From Octopus vulgaris (taxonomy: Eukaryota), in assembly GCA_951406725.2 (NCBI GenBank), contig OX597827.1:20336001-20400000 (forward strand): DNA of 64,000 bases, in the 5' to 3' direction. A program made the position numbers and the translations under genes. Below are positions 13,129-26,169 of the stretch, one piece after another; the stretch's first letter is position 1; every line of letters begins with the position of its first letter. The notes under the pieces were generated by a model, which was given only the letters and a program-made list of their open reading frames with translations, searched no databases and had not been told where the DNA came from.

Positions 13129-13899
13129 GAGTTGGTGAAAAGCAACAATAGGCATTCAGTTTGAACTGTCTGAAATTCTGAGCTGAAACCCTGCCACAGT
13201 CAACTCTACCATTTGTGCCACTGGGGACTTAGAAAGTACCAGTCATATACTGGGATCAATAAATCAATCTAAACTTTTTTTTTGTCAACTAACACTATCT
13301 TCTAATGGTCCAAAGACTGCTTCTCTGTTCTATGTTGAAATCCAACTAAAGTTTCACCAACATCAATAACCTATCAGTTATTTTCTGAAGTCAACTTGAA
13401 GCCTTGAGAGAGAGAGATTTATTCTTGGTCCAAGTTTGAATTAGAGATCACAGAGAATCCTCGATGCTCCAGAAGAAGCACTTCTCACAACTGTTTCATC
13501 TATATTCCTAATATTTTTGGCAACAATTTACTCCAATTTTCTCTAAAACTGAACCAACATCCCTGCTTTTCCAAATTTTGTTCAGTTCTAACTCCACCCT
13601 GATCTAACGAAACTATTGGACATTTCAACTATAGCCATTCTAACTCGAATTATTGAGAAAGCTGAAAAAGTGCAACTCTACAGATTATCCTAATCTCATA
13701 CTATAAACACAATAAAGAATATTTTATTTTATCTAGTTTCAGCTCACGAGCTGTGGCCATGCTGGGGCACCGCCATTTTGCTGAGCTCCCTGTCAGCATA
13801 TCCTTATTTATTATCAGTGAAAGAATATCAAAAGTAATCTGGATGATAATCCAATATAGAGTCTAATGATGGGAAAGAAAGAAGAATGGGATTGCGATT

Positions 13900-15160
13900 A
13901 TAAGGAGAATGTGTGGAAGAAAAAGGGTCTGAAGAGAGGGACCAGCTATCCAAGTTGACAGCAATACAGTAGATAAGAAAAATGAAGGCAGGGAAGGCAC
14001 CATGTTCACTGTTAGGATGCTTAGAAAATGTCAGAAGGAGATGTAAATAAGGTTTTAGAGGAGGCTGTCATAGCTGGGTGTTCCTGTTGTTGCTGTAAGG
14101 GACAAGCAGATGGGAGAAAAAGAGGGAACCCAGAAAAATCAAACTGTGAGACCAGGTTTATAGAAATAAGTTATAACAGACTGAATTAGTATGAAAATTA
14201 ACATAAATGTGATGCTGTTTGAAGAAATACCATTGTCGCCAAATTCAAAGTGGAACAGCTGCAGAATTCTACCAGGTGTAAAGCTGGCAAACAGGTTTCT
14301 CTGGCTGCTTTGCTGACCAGAGAAAAACCCTTGGCAGGATTACACATTTGGTGATCTTGTGGTCACTGAGAAAACTTGGAGAGCTGTGGAAACTGAGAGG
14401 CCAGAGAGCAAAATGGAAAGTAATGGATGAATTCAGTTCGAAGGTAGGAGTACATCAAGGTTCAGTCTTTACCCCACTTCTGTCCTTTGTAGTTCCCCAA
14501 GCTATAACAGATGAGTTCAAGATTGGATGTCCTTGGGATTTCCCTATGCAAATTATGTAGTCCTTATAGACGAATTGGAGAAAAAAGTTCCAGGCTCTCT
14601 AGAGTTGCCTGGGCATTGGACAGTTGATAGTTTCTGTTATCTAAGGGATCAGGTGAGTATTCTGAAAGTATAAGAAGTAAGAACTGGTTGCAAGAAGGTT
14701 CCGGGAACCATTACTACTTCTGGCAACGAAAGCATATTTGCGTATGATGCTTGTGTACAGAAGGTGTGAAGCTGGATTATTATGAGATGTGGGTGTTGGA
14801 ACACAAAGGCTGTGCAAAGACTAGAAAGAGATGAAGTGAGGATGCGTAACACTAGCATGCAGGAATGAGCTGAGAGAGAGAGAGACAAGTGAATATGAGA
14901 GGAATGAAATAAAAATGTGTAAGAAAGAGAGAACTGCATTAGGAAGGACATGTGGTGTGCATGGAGGAGGACAGTTGTATAAAAAGAAAGAAAGTACCAA
15001 GTACTTAATGTGAATGGAAACTGAAGAAGATTTGGGACAAAGTGTTGAAGACAGATCCGAAACTGTTGCACCTTACAGAAGTGATGACAAAGGCCTGTAT
15101 TGATGGTAACATACTGTGAAGAAGATTTCACCCACCTCAAACAGCATGGTAAAAACACGT
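13900..15160 (+). mobile_element. Highly degenerate RTE LINE
   Basis: ORF 14348-14560 contains DEFSSKVGVHQGSVFTPLLSFVVPQAITDEFKIGCPW (RT domain 4-5 region). Confidence 0.7.
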
Positions 15161-15187
15161 CAAAATTTATGTATGTTTATGTGTATA

Positions 15188-15390
15188 TCATCATTTAACA
15201 TCCGTTTTCCATATTGGCATGGGTTGGATGGTTTGACTGAGGTCAGGAGAGCCAGCGGCTGCACCAAGCTCCAGTCTGATCTGGCAGTGTTTCTACAGCT
15301 GGATGCCCTTCCTAACGCCAACCACTCTTAGTGTTTTGGGTACTTTTTTCATGTCACCAACACAGGATCCTGGCATCAGTCATGTTCGAA
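15188..15390 (-). mobile_element. RTE LINE 3' UTR/tail copy
   Basis: CATCATTTAACATCCG...GGATGCCCTTCCTAACGCCAACCAC shared block. Confidence 0.85.
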
Positions 15391-16011
15391 TCATTGATCT
15401 TATATATATATATATATATACACATATATACTTGTATCCTTAGTTATATGTACATATAAACGTATGCACACTTGCATGACTTTTTGGGAAATGGATATGG
15501 GAGTCATTCTGTTTGATTTTCTGGAACGTAACAGTGCTAAAAGCCATTTGGAAGAAGAAACCAAACAAGAATCTGTGTATGTGGTTATTGCATAACCACA
15601 CACACACACATACCTTTGGTAACAAATCAGGCAATCATTAAATTGTGTTGGTCAGTTGTCCCCACCCAGACTGGGCATCCTGCAACTTGCATCCGTTCAG
15701 TCCCAATGCAGGACCATCTTTGGGGACATTTAATGACCTGAATGAGGGTAGAACAGTGCACAGGTGGATCTTTCCGAAGATGATTTGAGAGAAAGAGGGA
15801 TTCAGTGATGGTGCAAAGGCATTGCTTGAGATGGAGGCTGTTGAAAAATACCTTTCTATGGAGAGAGAGAGTTACTCTACAAACATGCAACTTCCACAAT
15901 CTTAGTTAATTATCTACTATGAGGGGGTGGTACAACTGAAATAAAATCTTTTTAAATGGTTTCATAAGGGCAATACACTGATAATTCAATGTCATCATCT
16001 GTGTGTGTATA

Positions 16012-16762
16012 TATAAAAGAGTGTATAAAGATTCATACATGAAGAGAATATTCTTGATAGGACTTCTTACTTGCTGAAACGGGCAGTTAAACCCAAACCA
16101 CAAAAAAACAAAAATGGATTTCTTAAGGCACACTGTTAATAGGTACCAGAGTGAATAAGAAATTAGTTAACCTTATACTCAAGTTTCACTATTAATGACC
16201 AAATAAATTAATTTGGCATCTGTAGCTCAGTAGGGTCACTAAAAAATGCATGATTATGTAGCTATTATACATATCGAAAACACGAAGTAAACACATGCAC
16301 TGGCAGCTCCATCTTTATACATTATAGATTCAACCCTTGTGTCCGAGCATTGTCAGAATAGTACATCAGTAAATAAATTTAACTGTGTACTTCACAGCCT
16401 TTGAATTGAAAAATTTTACTGCATAAATATAAGGGTAAAAAATTATTTTTGAAATAATTTATTACCAATGGTTCACATGTGTAATAAAAGCCATAAGACA
16501 TAAAAACATTTTATAAAAGAGTGTATAAAGTTTTATACAAGGAGAGAAGATCCTTGACAGGACTTCTTACATGCTGAAAAGGGCAGTTAAACCCAAACCA
16601 CAAAAACAGGAATTCTTAAGGCTTGCTGCTAATAGGCACCAGAGTGAATAAAAAACTAGTTAACCCTATACTCGAGTTGCTATTAATGACCAAATAAATT
16701 AATTTAGCATCTGTAGCTCGTCAGTAGGGTCACCAAAAATTGCATAATTATGTAGCTATTAT
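16012..16762. repeat. ~255-bp direct repeat pair (16012-16268 and 16512-16762)
   Basis: Colinear blocks ATAAAAGAGTGTATAAAG, GGGCAGTTAAACCCAAACCAC, TATTAATGACCAAATAAATTAATTT and ATTATGTAGCTATTAT, offset by 500 bp. Confidence 0.9.
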
Positions 16763-16796
16763 TCAAACCCTTATATTTATGCAGCATATATATATA

Positions 16797-17381
16797 TGTC
16801 TACCTGGGACAGGAAGTGAATATGTACCGAGATATCGAAAAGGAGATCTCATGGAGAGTAAAGGCCGGATGGAAGGCGTTTAATGGCATAAGGGATGTGC
16901 TCAAGGGAAGGTTGGACAGGACACCCACACCGACCTCATCAACAGTACAGTTCTACCTGCAATGTTATATGATAGTGAAACATGGGCTACCACAAAGAGA
17001 GAAGAGCAGAGACTGGTAACGGCTCAAAGAGCCATGGAAAGGTCAATGCTTGGTATCTCGTTGAGAGAGCACATCAGTAGCGAGATCATCAGAAAGAAGT
17101 CTGGCGTGAGAGATGTCATCGCAGAGTATACATGCAGCAAGTTTAGATGGGCTGGACACGTCGCCTGGCTCACCGATAATCGGTGGACCTGCCCTGTTGT
17201 CAAGTGGTACCAGCGCAAGCGGAAACGACCACCCAGAAGACCTCCACGATGGTGGAGTTACAATTTCAGGAGGACGATTGGGATCACGTGGATGAGAAAG
17301 GCGTGATCCAGAGAGGAGTGGACAGCGTGCTGTGACCAGCGGTGTCAAATAGACACCTGACAGACTGGTCGGTCAAGGTGA
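16797..17381 (+). mobile_element. 5'-truncated RTE-1-like LINE 3' end (distinct GC-rich family) inserted in (TA)n
   Basis: YLGQEVNM..EISWRVKAGWKAF and MLYDSETW..QRAMERSMLGISLREHI..KFRWAGHVA..DNRWT, the RTE thumb/C-terminal motifs. Confidence 0.9.
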
Positions 17382-17509
17382 TATATATATATATATAAGG
17401 GAGGAGTTAGTAGACAGTTTATATAAAAGGAAAAGAAAACAATATCCCATCCAAAAATGATAGTATTTTAAGATATTGAAAAAAAATCAACTTGATTATG
17501 GCTGGACGA

Positions 17510-17785
17510 TAACAGTTGACTGAAAGTAGCCACTATCACCTTCCAGCATTGGCCTGAATACAGCCCCAGAATCTGGTACATGTGTCCTTTACTGTGTCCC
17601 TGGGAAGATCTTGGAACCTGTCTTTGATGGTGGCCACCAACAGCTCAGCCTTGGTGCTGCAGGCAGAGCAAGTTGGTGGCTTTCTCACCCATATCACACA
17701 CATAATAATAATACATGGTATTAGAACCAGGCAAGTTTGGATGCCAGAAATTGGGTCTGGTGAAGTTGTAGAAATTCCCTAACAA
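17510..17785 (-). mobile_element. Tc1/mariner transposase C-terminal remnant (related to 55190-56120)
   Basis: Minus strand NFYNFTRPNFWHPNLPGSNTMYYY resembles ENFYGFTRANFWPPNSSDSNPIDYY at 55.3 kb. Confidence 0.6.
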
Positions 17786-17791
17786 CCACAT

Positions 17792-20700
17792 TTAAAACAC
17801 AAGTGACATATTATTCAAGCTTCTACATCTTTGACCTTTGGAACCTGATTCTGAAGGAATGTTTTTATGATCTAGCATATGTCTTTTAAGTCTAGATATT
17901 GTCTTACAAGCTTTTTGACATATGACACAAGTCGTGAGAGTTGGTTGGTGTCCAAGATCATTCCCTATCTGGGCATTATGACTTTCATGTGAGCTCATGT
18001 GGCTCACATATCTTGCTTTTGACAACAGAATGCGATCGCATATAACACACATCCAATGTTCATTGTTGATTTCAGTTCCAATCGTTCCTTTGCGACAGGC
18101 CCTTTTAAGTTCAGAGTGCTGAATCATCTTTTCCTCCCAGGCATTGCAACCAGTCCTAACAGCACCTTTCCACTTGCTCTGATCTAGAGCATCATTTTCC
18201 CAATCACTTTTGTCCATATCTAGTTTCTTCAGATTTTCCTTCACACAATCTTTATACCTTTTCCTTGGCTTGTGTTGTGGTCGCTTACCAGAGTTGAGCT
18301 CACCATAGAAAAAGAGGCTTTAGCAAACACTTGTCTTTCATTCTAATAACATGTCCAGTCCATCTCATTTGAGCCAAGACAACATGTTGTTCAACTGAGC
18401 TGCAATGTGCCATGTGCAAAACTTCTGTGTTTGGTATGAAACATTCCTACTTGACTCCTAAGATATGCCTGAAGCACTTTTGATGAAATCTCTCCACAGC
18501 ATTTTCATATGACGCTTGTAAGGGGTCCATGTCTCACTTGAATAAAGACGTGCAGACAGTACACACGCTTTATAGACACTGATTTTTGTCTGCAGGGAAA
18601 TACTTTTATCCGTCCATACTTGCTTTTCGAGCTTTCCAAATGCAACACTTCCCTCACCTATTCGATATCTCTGCATCAAGACCACCCTTCCTTGACAGTG
18701 TGCTTCCTAGGTAAACAAAGGTGTCAACGACTTCTAACCTTGTTCCATTCACAAAAATGTTTGGTTCAGAATATGTTTGTCCTGGCATGGGAGTAAACAT
18801 TACTTTGGTTTTTCCAAGACTAATTGTGAGTCTGAAATATACACATGCAGTGGAAAATCTGTCCATTAAATGTTGCATAGCCCCCCCACCATTCTGAGTG
18901 TGCCAACAAATCAGCATAAAGTAATTCTCTAACAAGTATTTTGAAATTCTTAAACCAGGCCAAATTAAAGATGCGACCAGACGTCCAAAATCTGATTCCA
19001 ATTCCCCTTGAAAGCAGACCAATGCAATGCAGCAAAATAGAGAAAAGGGTAGGGGCAGGAATATCTCCCTGTTTGACACCATTGTCCACCAAAAATTCAT
19101 GAGATAGCTCACCATTAAAGACTACCTGAGCTTTCATGTTTCTGTATAGTTCTGTATGCTCACAAACGGCATTGGGCAACCAAGTTTACACAAAACAATC
19201 CACAGTGCCTCCCTGTTTACCATGTCAAATACCTTCGTTAAATCTATGAATATCTGGAATAGTGGCATTTGTTCCTCTAAACATTTCTCTTGAACCTGCC
19301 TCACAGAAAACATCATGTCCATTGTTCCTCACTCAGGTCTGAAGCCACGCTGTTCTTCAGGAATCACATGTAGACACACATTCTCAACAAGACGATCCAG
19401 CATGATCCTTGAAAGTATCTTCCCAGTATGTGCCAGAAAAGTTATCCCTCTAGAATTACCACACACTGCTTTCAGGCCCTTACCCATGTATAGAGAGATT
19501 AGAATGCCATTTATCCATTCTTGTGGCACAGAAGAGATTCATTCCAAACTTGAGTTGTCAGGTTATGAATTTCAGATGAAATGTGATCCCCACCTGCTTT
19601 CAGAATTTCAACTGGAATACCATCCAATCCAAGAGCTTACCTGATCTCAGATTTACTTCTTCAATGGAAGGTGTATTGTTCATGTATTGCACTGTCTCTC
19701 TTTGCGGAATGTTGTTTATGGTCTCCGTATTCACTACAGATGGATTGTAGAAAAGATCTGCAAAGTGTTCTCTTAATCTAGTCATTATTCCAGGAGGATC
19801 TTTAATAACATTCATTTCCATCTTTCAACTTCAAGGGAACAGAGGATGATGAAGATTGCGATGCAAAAGCTTGCTGCAATAAACTATAGAAACTTTTAAC
19901 GTCTTTCCTGTCATAGGCCACCTGTACTTCCTCAAACAATTTTCTCCACCGAGTGTCTTTAAGCCTCCTGAGTTCCTTTTGCAAGTCTGCTTTCTGAGAC
20001 TTGTACAACTTTTCTAGTTGCACATTGTTCTTTACGTTTCGGTCAAGAAGCTTTTCATGAGTGGACCACTTTGTTGCTAAAAGCTCATTTATCACTGTAT
20101 CATTGGAATCAAACCAGTCTCAGTGTTGTCTCCTCTTAAAACCTAACACCTCTGAACCCATTTTATATATTCAGTCCCGAAAAGATTGCCATGACTCTTC
20201 AAAATGAACATTGCTGCATCTCTATTCTGAAATAACTACAAAACTGCTCTAAATCAATTTTCTTTGGTACTCGTACACCTGCACTACGAATTTTCTTGTG
20301 GATCCTGAACTTGAACTTGGCCCTAACCATTTTGTGATCAGTATCACAATCAGAACCTTGTAATACTCTGAGACTGTACAAATCTTTTAAGTCAGCTTTC
20401 CATGATAATATAAAGTCAATCATGTGACCTTGCTTCGATCTTGGGTGAATCCAGATAACTTTAAGCTTCATCTTATGATGAAAGAAAGTCTTCCCAACAA
20501 CCAGCCCTAGCTCAGAGTACATTTGCAGCAGATGCAGCCCATTGTTGCTCACCTTTCCTATTCCATAATGCTCAAGCACCAGAGTCTCAACCAACACATG
20601 CATCAAAGTCACCAAGAACAACCAACTTCTCATTGAAAGTGACTGACAGAATACTTCTTCTAAGCTCCGCATAAAAGGCACGGATATTTTCCTCACTAGC

Positions 20701-21300
20701 ATAAATAGAGAAAACAGTTACAAAATGTCCACAAGAAAAAGGGATCTGGGGTTTCATTATGTATTTATTTATGCTTTGTGGTTGTTCTAGGTCCTTTAGT
20801 AAATCACTTCTGATTGCAAACCCAACACCACCTTCCCTTTTCTCTCCCTTTGGCTTCCCAACCCAGAATAATGGGAAACCCATTGCTTTTTCGACAAGAT
20901 GATCTTCATCTGAACATCTCGTTTCAGAAAGAATTGCAATGTCAACATCAAGATGCCTCCTTAGTTACTAAGAGCTGTTCTTCTTTCAGGCCTATTTTCT
21001 CAATCTAAAATGGTTCTCAAATGCCAGCAGGCCAGGTTAAGAGAAACCTTATTCCTTGCATTCTTGTTAATCATTGTTTGTATTAATTCTTTGTTCATTC
21101 CTCCTAAATTGAACCACCATTAGCCACAGTAAACCAACCAGCAGAGAAAGGACAGACAATATTTAGTGCACCTTCCCAGTATATTCCAGGTGAGCAGTGT
21201 TCTCCTTAAAAGTGCTGATCAGGATTCTCCACCAAAAACAGTTCCTATCCATGAAAACATGTTAGCAATGCTAAGGAACCTTCCAGCTTATGTGCAGATT
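17792..21300 (-). mobile_element. Near full-length, frameshifted RTE-clade LINE (APE endonuclease, RT, two C2H2 fingers)
   Basis: APE motifs GGVGFAI, LGDFDACVG and DTDHKMV. RT motifs EEQRGFRP, FIDLTKVFDMV, GVKQGDIPAPTLFS, ELLYAD and FVYLGSTLS. C-terminal CVICDR..HMSSH and CVICQK..HMLDH. Confidence 0.95.
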
Positions 21301-21949
21301 TGTAACTGTATGCTTCCAACCGGTCAAGTCTGCATACATTGCCATGGGACTTTGGAAAAGTGGTGATTGTATGATGATGGTGTTTTGTCGGGGACATCTG
21401 TACTTCATTGGATTTCAGTGACAAATGCTTGTACAACACTTCTGCCATTCCCTGAGTCAAAATGGTAGATTCCAGTGACAAGCAAAGCAAGATGACTAGT
21501 ACTAAGTTGACTGCAAGTTTTATATCGGAGTTTTATACCTTCTCCTAGGCTTTTCCTCAAATGGAGACTGCAAGCCAGCAGTGGTAAGTCAATTTGAATT
21601 CAGAGTTTTATTCTCCTGTACAGGTTGTCCTAATCACAGCTTCCTTTCAAAACAGGATCCCAGTCTGACCCCATCAAACAGTCATGGCTTTGATAGTGCA
21701 ACCAATTCAGGGGACCATCATTACCATGACCTGGTTTTATGTCAGTGTGTCCTTCTCCTAGAAAAGTTGCCTTCACGGCTAATGACCCTCATCTGTCCCC
21801 ACACACATGTAGAAAAAATTGATACATATGTACACATTTTAAAAAATATATATAAAATTTTAAATTTTTACAATTTAAAAATGTTTTTTTAAAATAAAAA
21901 TAAAAAAGATATAGAAATATATAGATATATATATCTTTTTCTTTTTCCA

Positions 21950-22105
21950 TATTGGCGTTAGGAAGGGCATCCAGCCGTAGAAACACTGCCAGATTTGACT
22001 GGGCCTGATGAAGCCTTCTGGCTTCACAGACCCCAGTAGAACCGTCCAACCCATGCTAGCATGGAAAACGGACGCTAAACGATGATGATGATGATGATGA
22101 TGATG
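21950..22105 (+). mobile_element. RTE LINE 3' tail copy with (GAT)n
   Basis: GGCGTTAGGAAGGGCATCCAGC...CCATGCTAGCATGGAAAACGGACGCTAAAC(GAT)8. Confidence 0.9.
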
Positions 22106-23134
22106 AATGCATGTATATGTGTGCATGTGTGCGTGTATAGACATATCAATTTAAATACACAACTGAAAGAGCTACCAAAAGTATATCTAATGCTGAAAAC
22201 AGAGCCTGAAAGATTGCTTTAAGACACATGGGATATTTTATAAATATGTCTGTTTAAGTATCATAATAGCATGAAACTATTTGTAGCTCTTTCGGTTGTG
22301 TATTTAAATTGATATTAATCTCTCACTGAATGGAGTACATTTTTCGTTGATTCTACCTCTATTGGATCTGTAAGCTATATATAGACATACATATATGTTT
22401 ATATGTGTGTATGTATTTGTGTATGCATAAAAATATATATTTGTGATTTGTGGGAAACTATGTATATGAGAGAGAGGAAGAAGAGAATTATAGGGGACAA
22501 GTCTAGACACACTGATGTGTGCCATCTGTCATTTTCTAATTAGAAATTAAATTAGTCACAGATTAAGCTGTATAAAACTGCAGATTGACTAAAAGTGCTA
22601 CAGATAGATTTGATCCTTCACCTAGCAAACACCCCCCACCCCCACCCACCCCATTATCCATAACAGCTGAACGACTGAAATGCCAAGCAACAGATATTAT
22701 CCTTCACCTGCACCAGGATTAGCTAAATCCGTGAGGACGAGAAATGTGGATCACTTCTGTATCCTATCCTGACAACATTTTATTGTCTGAATAAAATGTG
22801 TCACAGGGTCAGCTGTGAGCACACTGACACACACACACTCTCTCTTTGTGTTTGTGTGTGTATATATATATATATATATATAAATGATATCTCTCTCTAT
22901 CTCCCCCTCTCTACATGTATGTATGTACATATAAATATATGTATGTGTATATATTAAAAATGGGGAAGGTCAGTATATGGGATTACGTTAGGTTTCCTGT
23001 CCATAAACGGTTTAGCTTTATGGCATATCGTCAGGCCCCCAAACCTGTTGGCCTATGATGACCCCTTCAAAATATGTGTGCTTCTTCTATGCATCTATGT
23101 TTTCTACAAATGATATATATATTGAAGAGGATTT

Positions 23135-23965
23135 GAAAACTCTTTGACAAACGATAAGAAAACGTTAAGAGAAGCTTTGTATTTAAACAGTTTACATAGA
23201 AGTGTTCAAAATAGACAGTGAAATAAATTCATAATTATTTATAAGTTCATCAGAAATCATAATTGTTTACAAGTATACATACAGAAAGGATTTGTAGACA
23301 GCATTTGACAGGAGAAAGTGTGTATGGCTTTATCAAAAGTTCAAAAATCGTAATTGTTTATAAGGATGACCAACCTTTTTTCTTCATCTCCAGTCTTAAA
23401 CACATACACAAGTCTTTTTTAGGGCCACCTTCGGTCATGGCTGACCATGGGTATCAAGTCCATCCATTTATTGTCTAGATTGGGCCACTCGGCTTGTGCA
23501 GTGTGGACTGTGGTCTGTCGGTTGTCGATCCCTTACGTCGGGGTCGCTTTTCTGCAACTGCAGCTGACAAGCTTCTCTTCACCGATCCGTAGTTGTTTGA
23601 GAAGTGTGCTTTTCCACCTGGTGCAGTCTGCCACCAGGTCCTCCCAGATGTTGATGTCGCTGTTGAGCACCTTCATGCCCCTCCTGCACACATACAAGAC
23701 TAGAGAGAGAGAGAAAAAGAGGTTGGTCAGCCTTCGGAATAATGACCCTGCTCCTCACTACCAAAAAAAAAAGAAAAAGGAAAATGTTGGTCATCCTTAT
23801 AAACAATTATGATTTTTGAACTTTCAGAAACAATTATGATTTCTGATGAACTTATAAACAATTATGAACTTATTTTCCTGCCTATTTTGAACACTTTTAT
23901 GTAAACTGTTTAAACACAAAGTCCCATATTAACATTTTCTGATCATTGTCAAAGACTCAATCCCT
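23135..23965. repeat. Foldback element with inverted arms ~23135-23380 and ~23781-23965
   Basis: TTTAAACAGTTTACATAGAAGTGTTCAAAATAG pairs with CTATTTTGAACACTTTTATGTAAACTGTTTAAA. GTTTATAAGGATGACCAAC pairs with GTTGGTCATCCTTATAAAC. Confidence 0.85.
23420..23695 (-). mobile_element. 3' fragment of another RTE (BovB/Expander-like) LINE inside the foldback loop
   Basis: Minus strand VCRRGMKVLNSDINIWEDLVADCTRWKSTLLKQLRIGEEKL matches the RTE C-terminal W-E-x-L-A-x-D-R-x-x-W pattern. Confidence 0.8.
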
Positions 23966-24388
23966 GGATTTTAACACATCTATGTCAACTAATTTCTTAC
24001 ACCACAAAGGCTATACAAAGCCTTGCACTTTTGAAAATCTTTTTTTAGAACAAGTGAAACTGGTCAAGTCAATAATCATCTTTAAAAGACCTCTGCATTT
24101 TCAAATCCCATTCCCTATATATTTTCACTCGTGCAACACCTTCCAATTTTACTTTGTTTTATATATACATATAAATATATATTTATTGAACCAACAGTGT
24201 CTGCCCTGTATGCATAGATGCTTGTTAACCAGCAAATGAAATGAAGGAAGCCAAATCTCTGAAAATTAGTGTTTTGCAAAGGATCAAATCTTTAAACCAC
24301 TCCCTCCCTCAGCCTTTGGAATAATGACCCTGCTCCTCACTACCAAAAAAAAAAAAAAAGAATAAAGGCATACATCAGTATAATTTGT

Positions 24389-25416
24389 GGATCCTTACCT
24401 CCTGACCAACAGATTTAAAAAATAATTTTTTGTAACTAAACACTTTCAAACTTCGGACACTGGTAGAATGTGTCATATAAAACATCTTTTACTCTTAACA
24501 TTTTTGAGAAAAACTTATATTTACTCTTTACTCTTTTACTTGTTTCAGTCATTCGACTGCGGCCATGCTGGAGCACCGCCTTTAGTCGAGCAAATCGACC
24601 CCAGGACTTATTCTTTGTAAGCCTAGTACTTATTCTATCGGTCACTTTTGCAGAGCCGTTAAGTTACGGGGACGTAAACACACCAGCATCGTTTGTCAAG
24701 CGATGTTGGGAGGACAAACACAGACACACAAACACACACACACACATATACATATATACGAGGGGTTTCTTTCAGTTTCCATCTACCAAATCCACTCACA
24801 AGGCTTTGGTAGGTCCGAAGCTATAGTAGAAGACACTTGCCCAAGGTGCCATGCAGTGGGACTGAACCCGGAACCATGTGGTTGGTGAGCACAAGCTACT
24901 AACCACACAGCCACTCCTACGCCTATTACGAAGTAATTTCACGTGAAAGTTGTCCCATTTCAGTAATTTCAACCAATCAATGACGTGTATTCACCTGAAT
25001 AAAATTACTGCCGTTGTTTGTCAACAACAACTATTGGCCGTGTATTGTTCGTTTGTCACTGTTATTTATGACATCGTTCATGTGTTTGTACTGGTTTTAG
25101 CTTTAAGGTTTTAAGGTTAGGGTTAGGGTTTTAAGGTTAAGGTTGTCATAAATAACAGTGACAAACGAAATATACACTGCCGATAGTTCTTGTTGACAGA
25201 AAACAATAGTAATTTTATTCAGCTGAATAAATGTCATTGATTGGTTGAAATTACCGAAATAGGACAACTTTAACATGAAATAACTATAAGTTTTTCTCAA
25301 AAATGCTAAGAGTAAAAGATGTTATATATGACACATTCTACCAGTGTCCGAAGTTTGAAAGTGTTTAGTTACAAAAAAATCATTTTTTAAATCTGTCGGT
25401 CAAAAGGTAAAGATCC
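24389..25416. mobile_element. Long-TIR MITE, family B (GGATC termini, 8-bp TSD; Merlin-like)
   Basis: GGATCCTTACC...GGTAAAGATCC with long inverted arms. TSD TAATTTGT/TAATTTCT. Central AAGGTTAGGGTTAGGGTT. Interrupted by a SINE. Confidence 0.9.
24521..24924 (-). mobile_element. Full-length tRNA-derived SINE nested in the MITE
   Basis: Minus strand AGGCGTAGGAGTGGCTGTGTGG (A box), GGTTCAGTCCC (B box), GGCACCTTGGGCAAGTGTC, internal (TG)n and AGTAAA(A)G tail repeats. Confidence 0.9.
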
Positions 25417-25424
25417 TAATTTCT

Positions 25425-25505
25425 ACCCTAGGCACAAGGCCTGAAATTTGGGGGGAGTGGGGCCAGTTGATTAGATTAACCCCAGTACAGAACTGGTACT
25501 TAATT
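25425..25505 (-). mobile_element. 5'-truncated SINE 3' end (family of 12901-13128)
   Basis: GGCACAAGGCCTGAAATTT..CCCCAGTAC..CTGGTACTTAATT. CATACATCAGTATAATT is duplicated at 24369-24385 and 25506-25522. Confidence 0.7.
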
Positions 25506-26169
25506 CATACATCAGTATAATTGTTCACTCCCCTCCAACAATGGAGCCCCACTCCCAAGTGGAGAGGATTTGATTTTTGCTTTTCTTCCTGTTTCAAGTT
25601 TTGAAAGAAATATCAAAAAACAAAAACATTTTTTTAACAAGGAATTTGGATTTGTTACTAAATGTAGAAATGTTAACTTCCAAAGTTTGTCTGCGCCATT
25701 CTATTGTGCTTTAGATATTCATATTAAGGAGTCAAAATGTAAATGATGTTGTTACAGAGGGTCACAGATCAAGTCCCCCCAAACAGTCTCTACAAGAGTT
25801 CCTGTCAACCAAATCCCACTCCTGAAATTTTGGTTAACATTTCATTGAAAACAGATGTTTGAACTTTGAACTCTATGTTACACTGTTGATAGGTTACAGC
25901 CTGTCATCCATTCAACCATGTCTTCATTCATAGAATCATTATACTAACGCTTCATGCTTCACTTAACAAAACACTTCAAATTTGTTCCCATTCAATTTCT
26001 ACCATTATTCTTTATGTATTTGAAGTTGAAAAGCCACTCATTTTCATATTCATTTCAGCAACAAAAGATTGGCGTCTCTCCTCTAAAGGTGCCACTCAGT
26101 TTGCGTGTGAGTGTGAGAGTATGCTCATGTGTGTGTGTGTGTGTGTGTGTACTCCATATATCTGTGCAA

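Noticed and set aside
24840-24924. tRNA gene suggested by A/B boxes (also at 12901, 31600, 37700 and 59800)
   Set aside because: These are SINE heads that continue into SINE body and tail. No complete cloverleaf.
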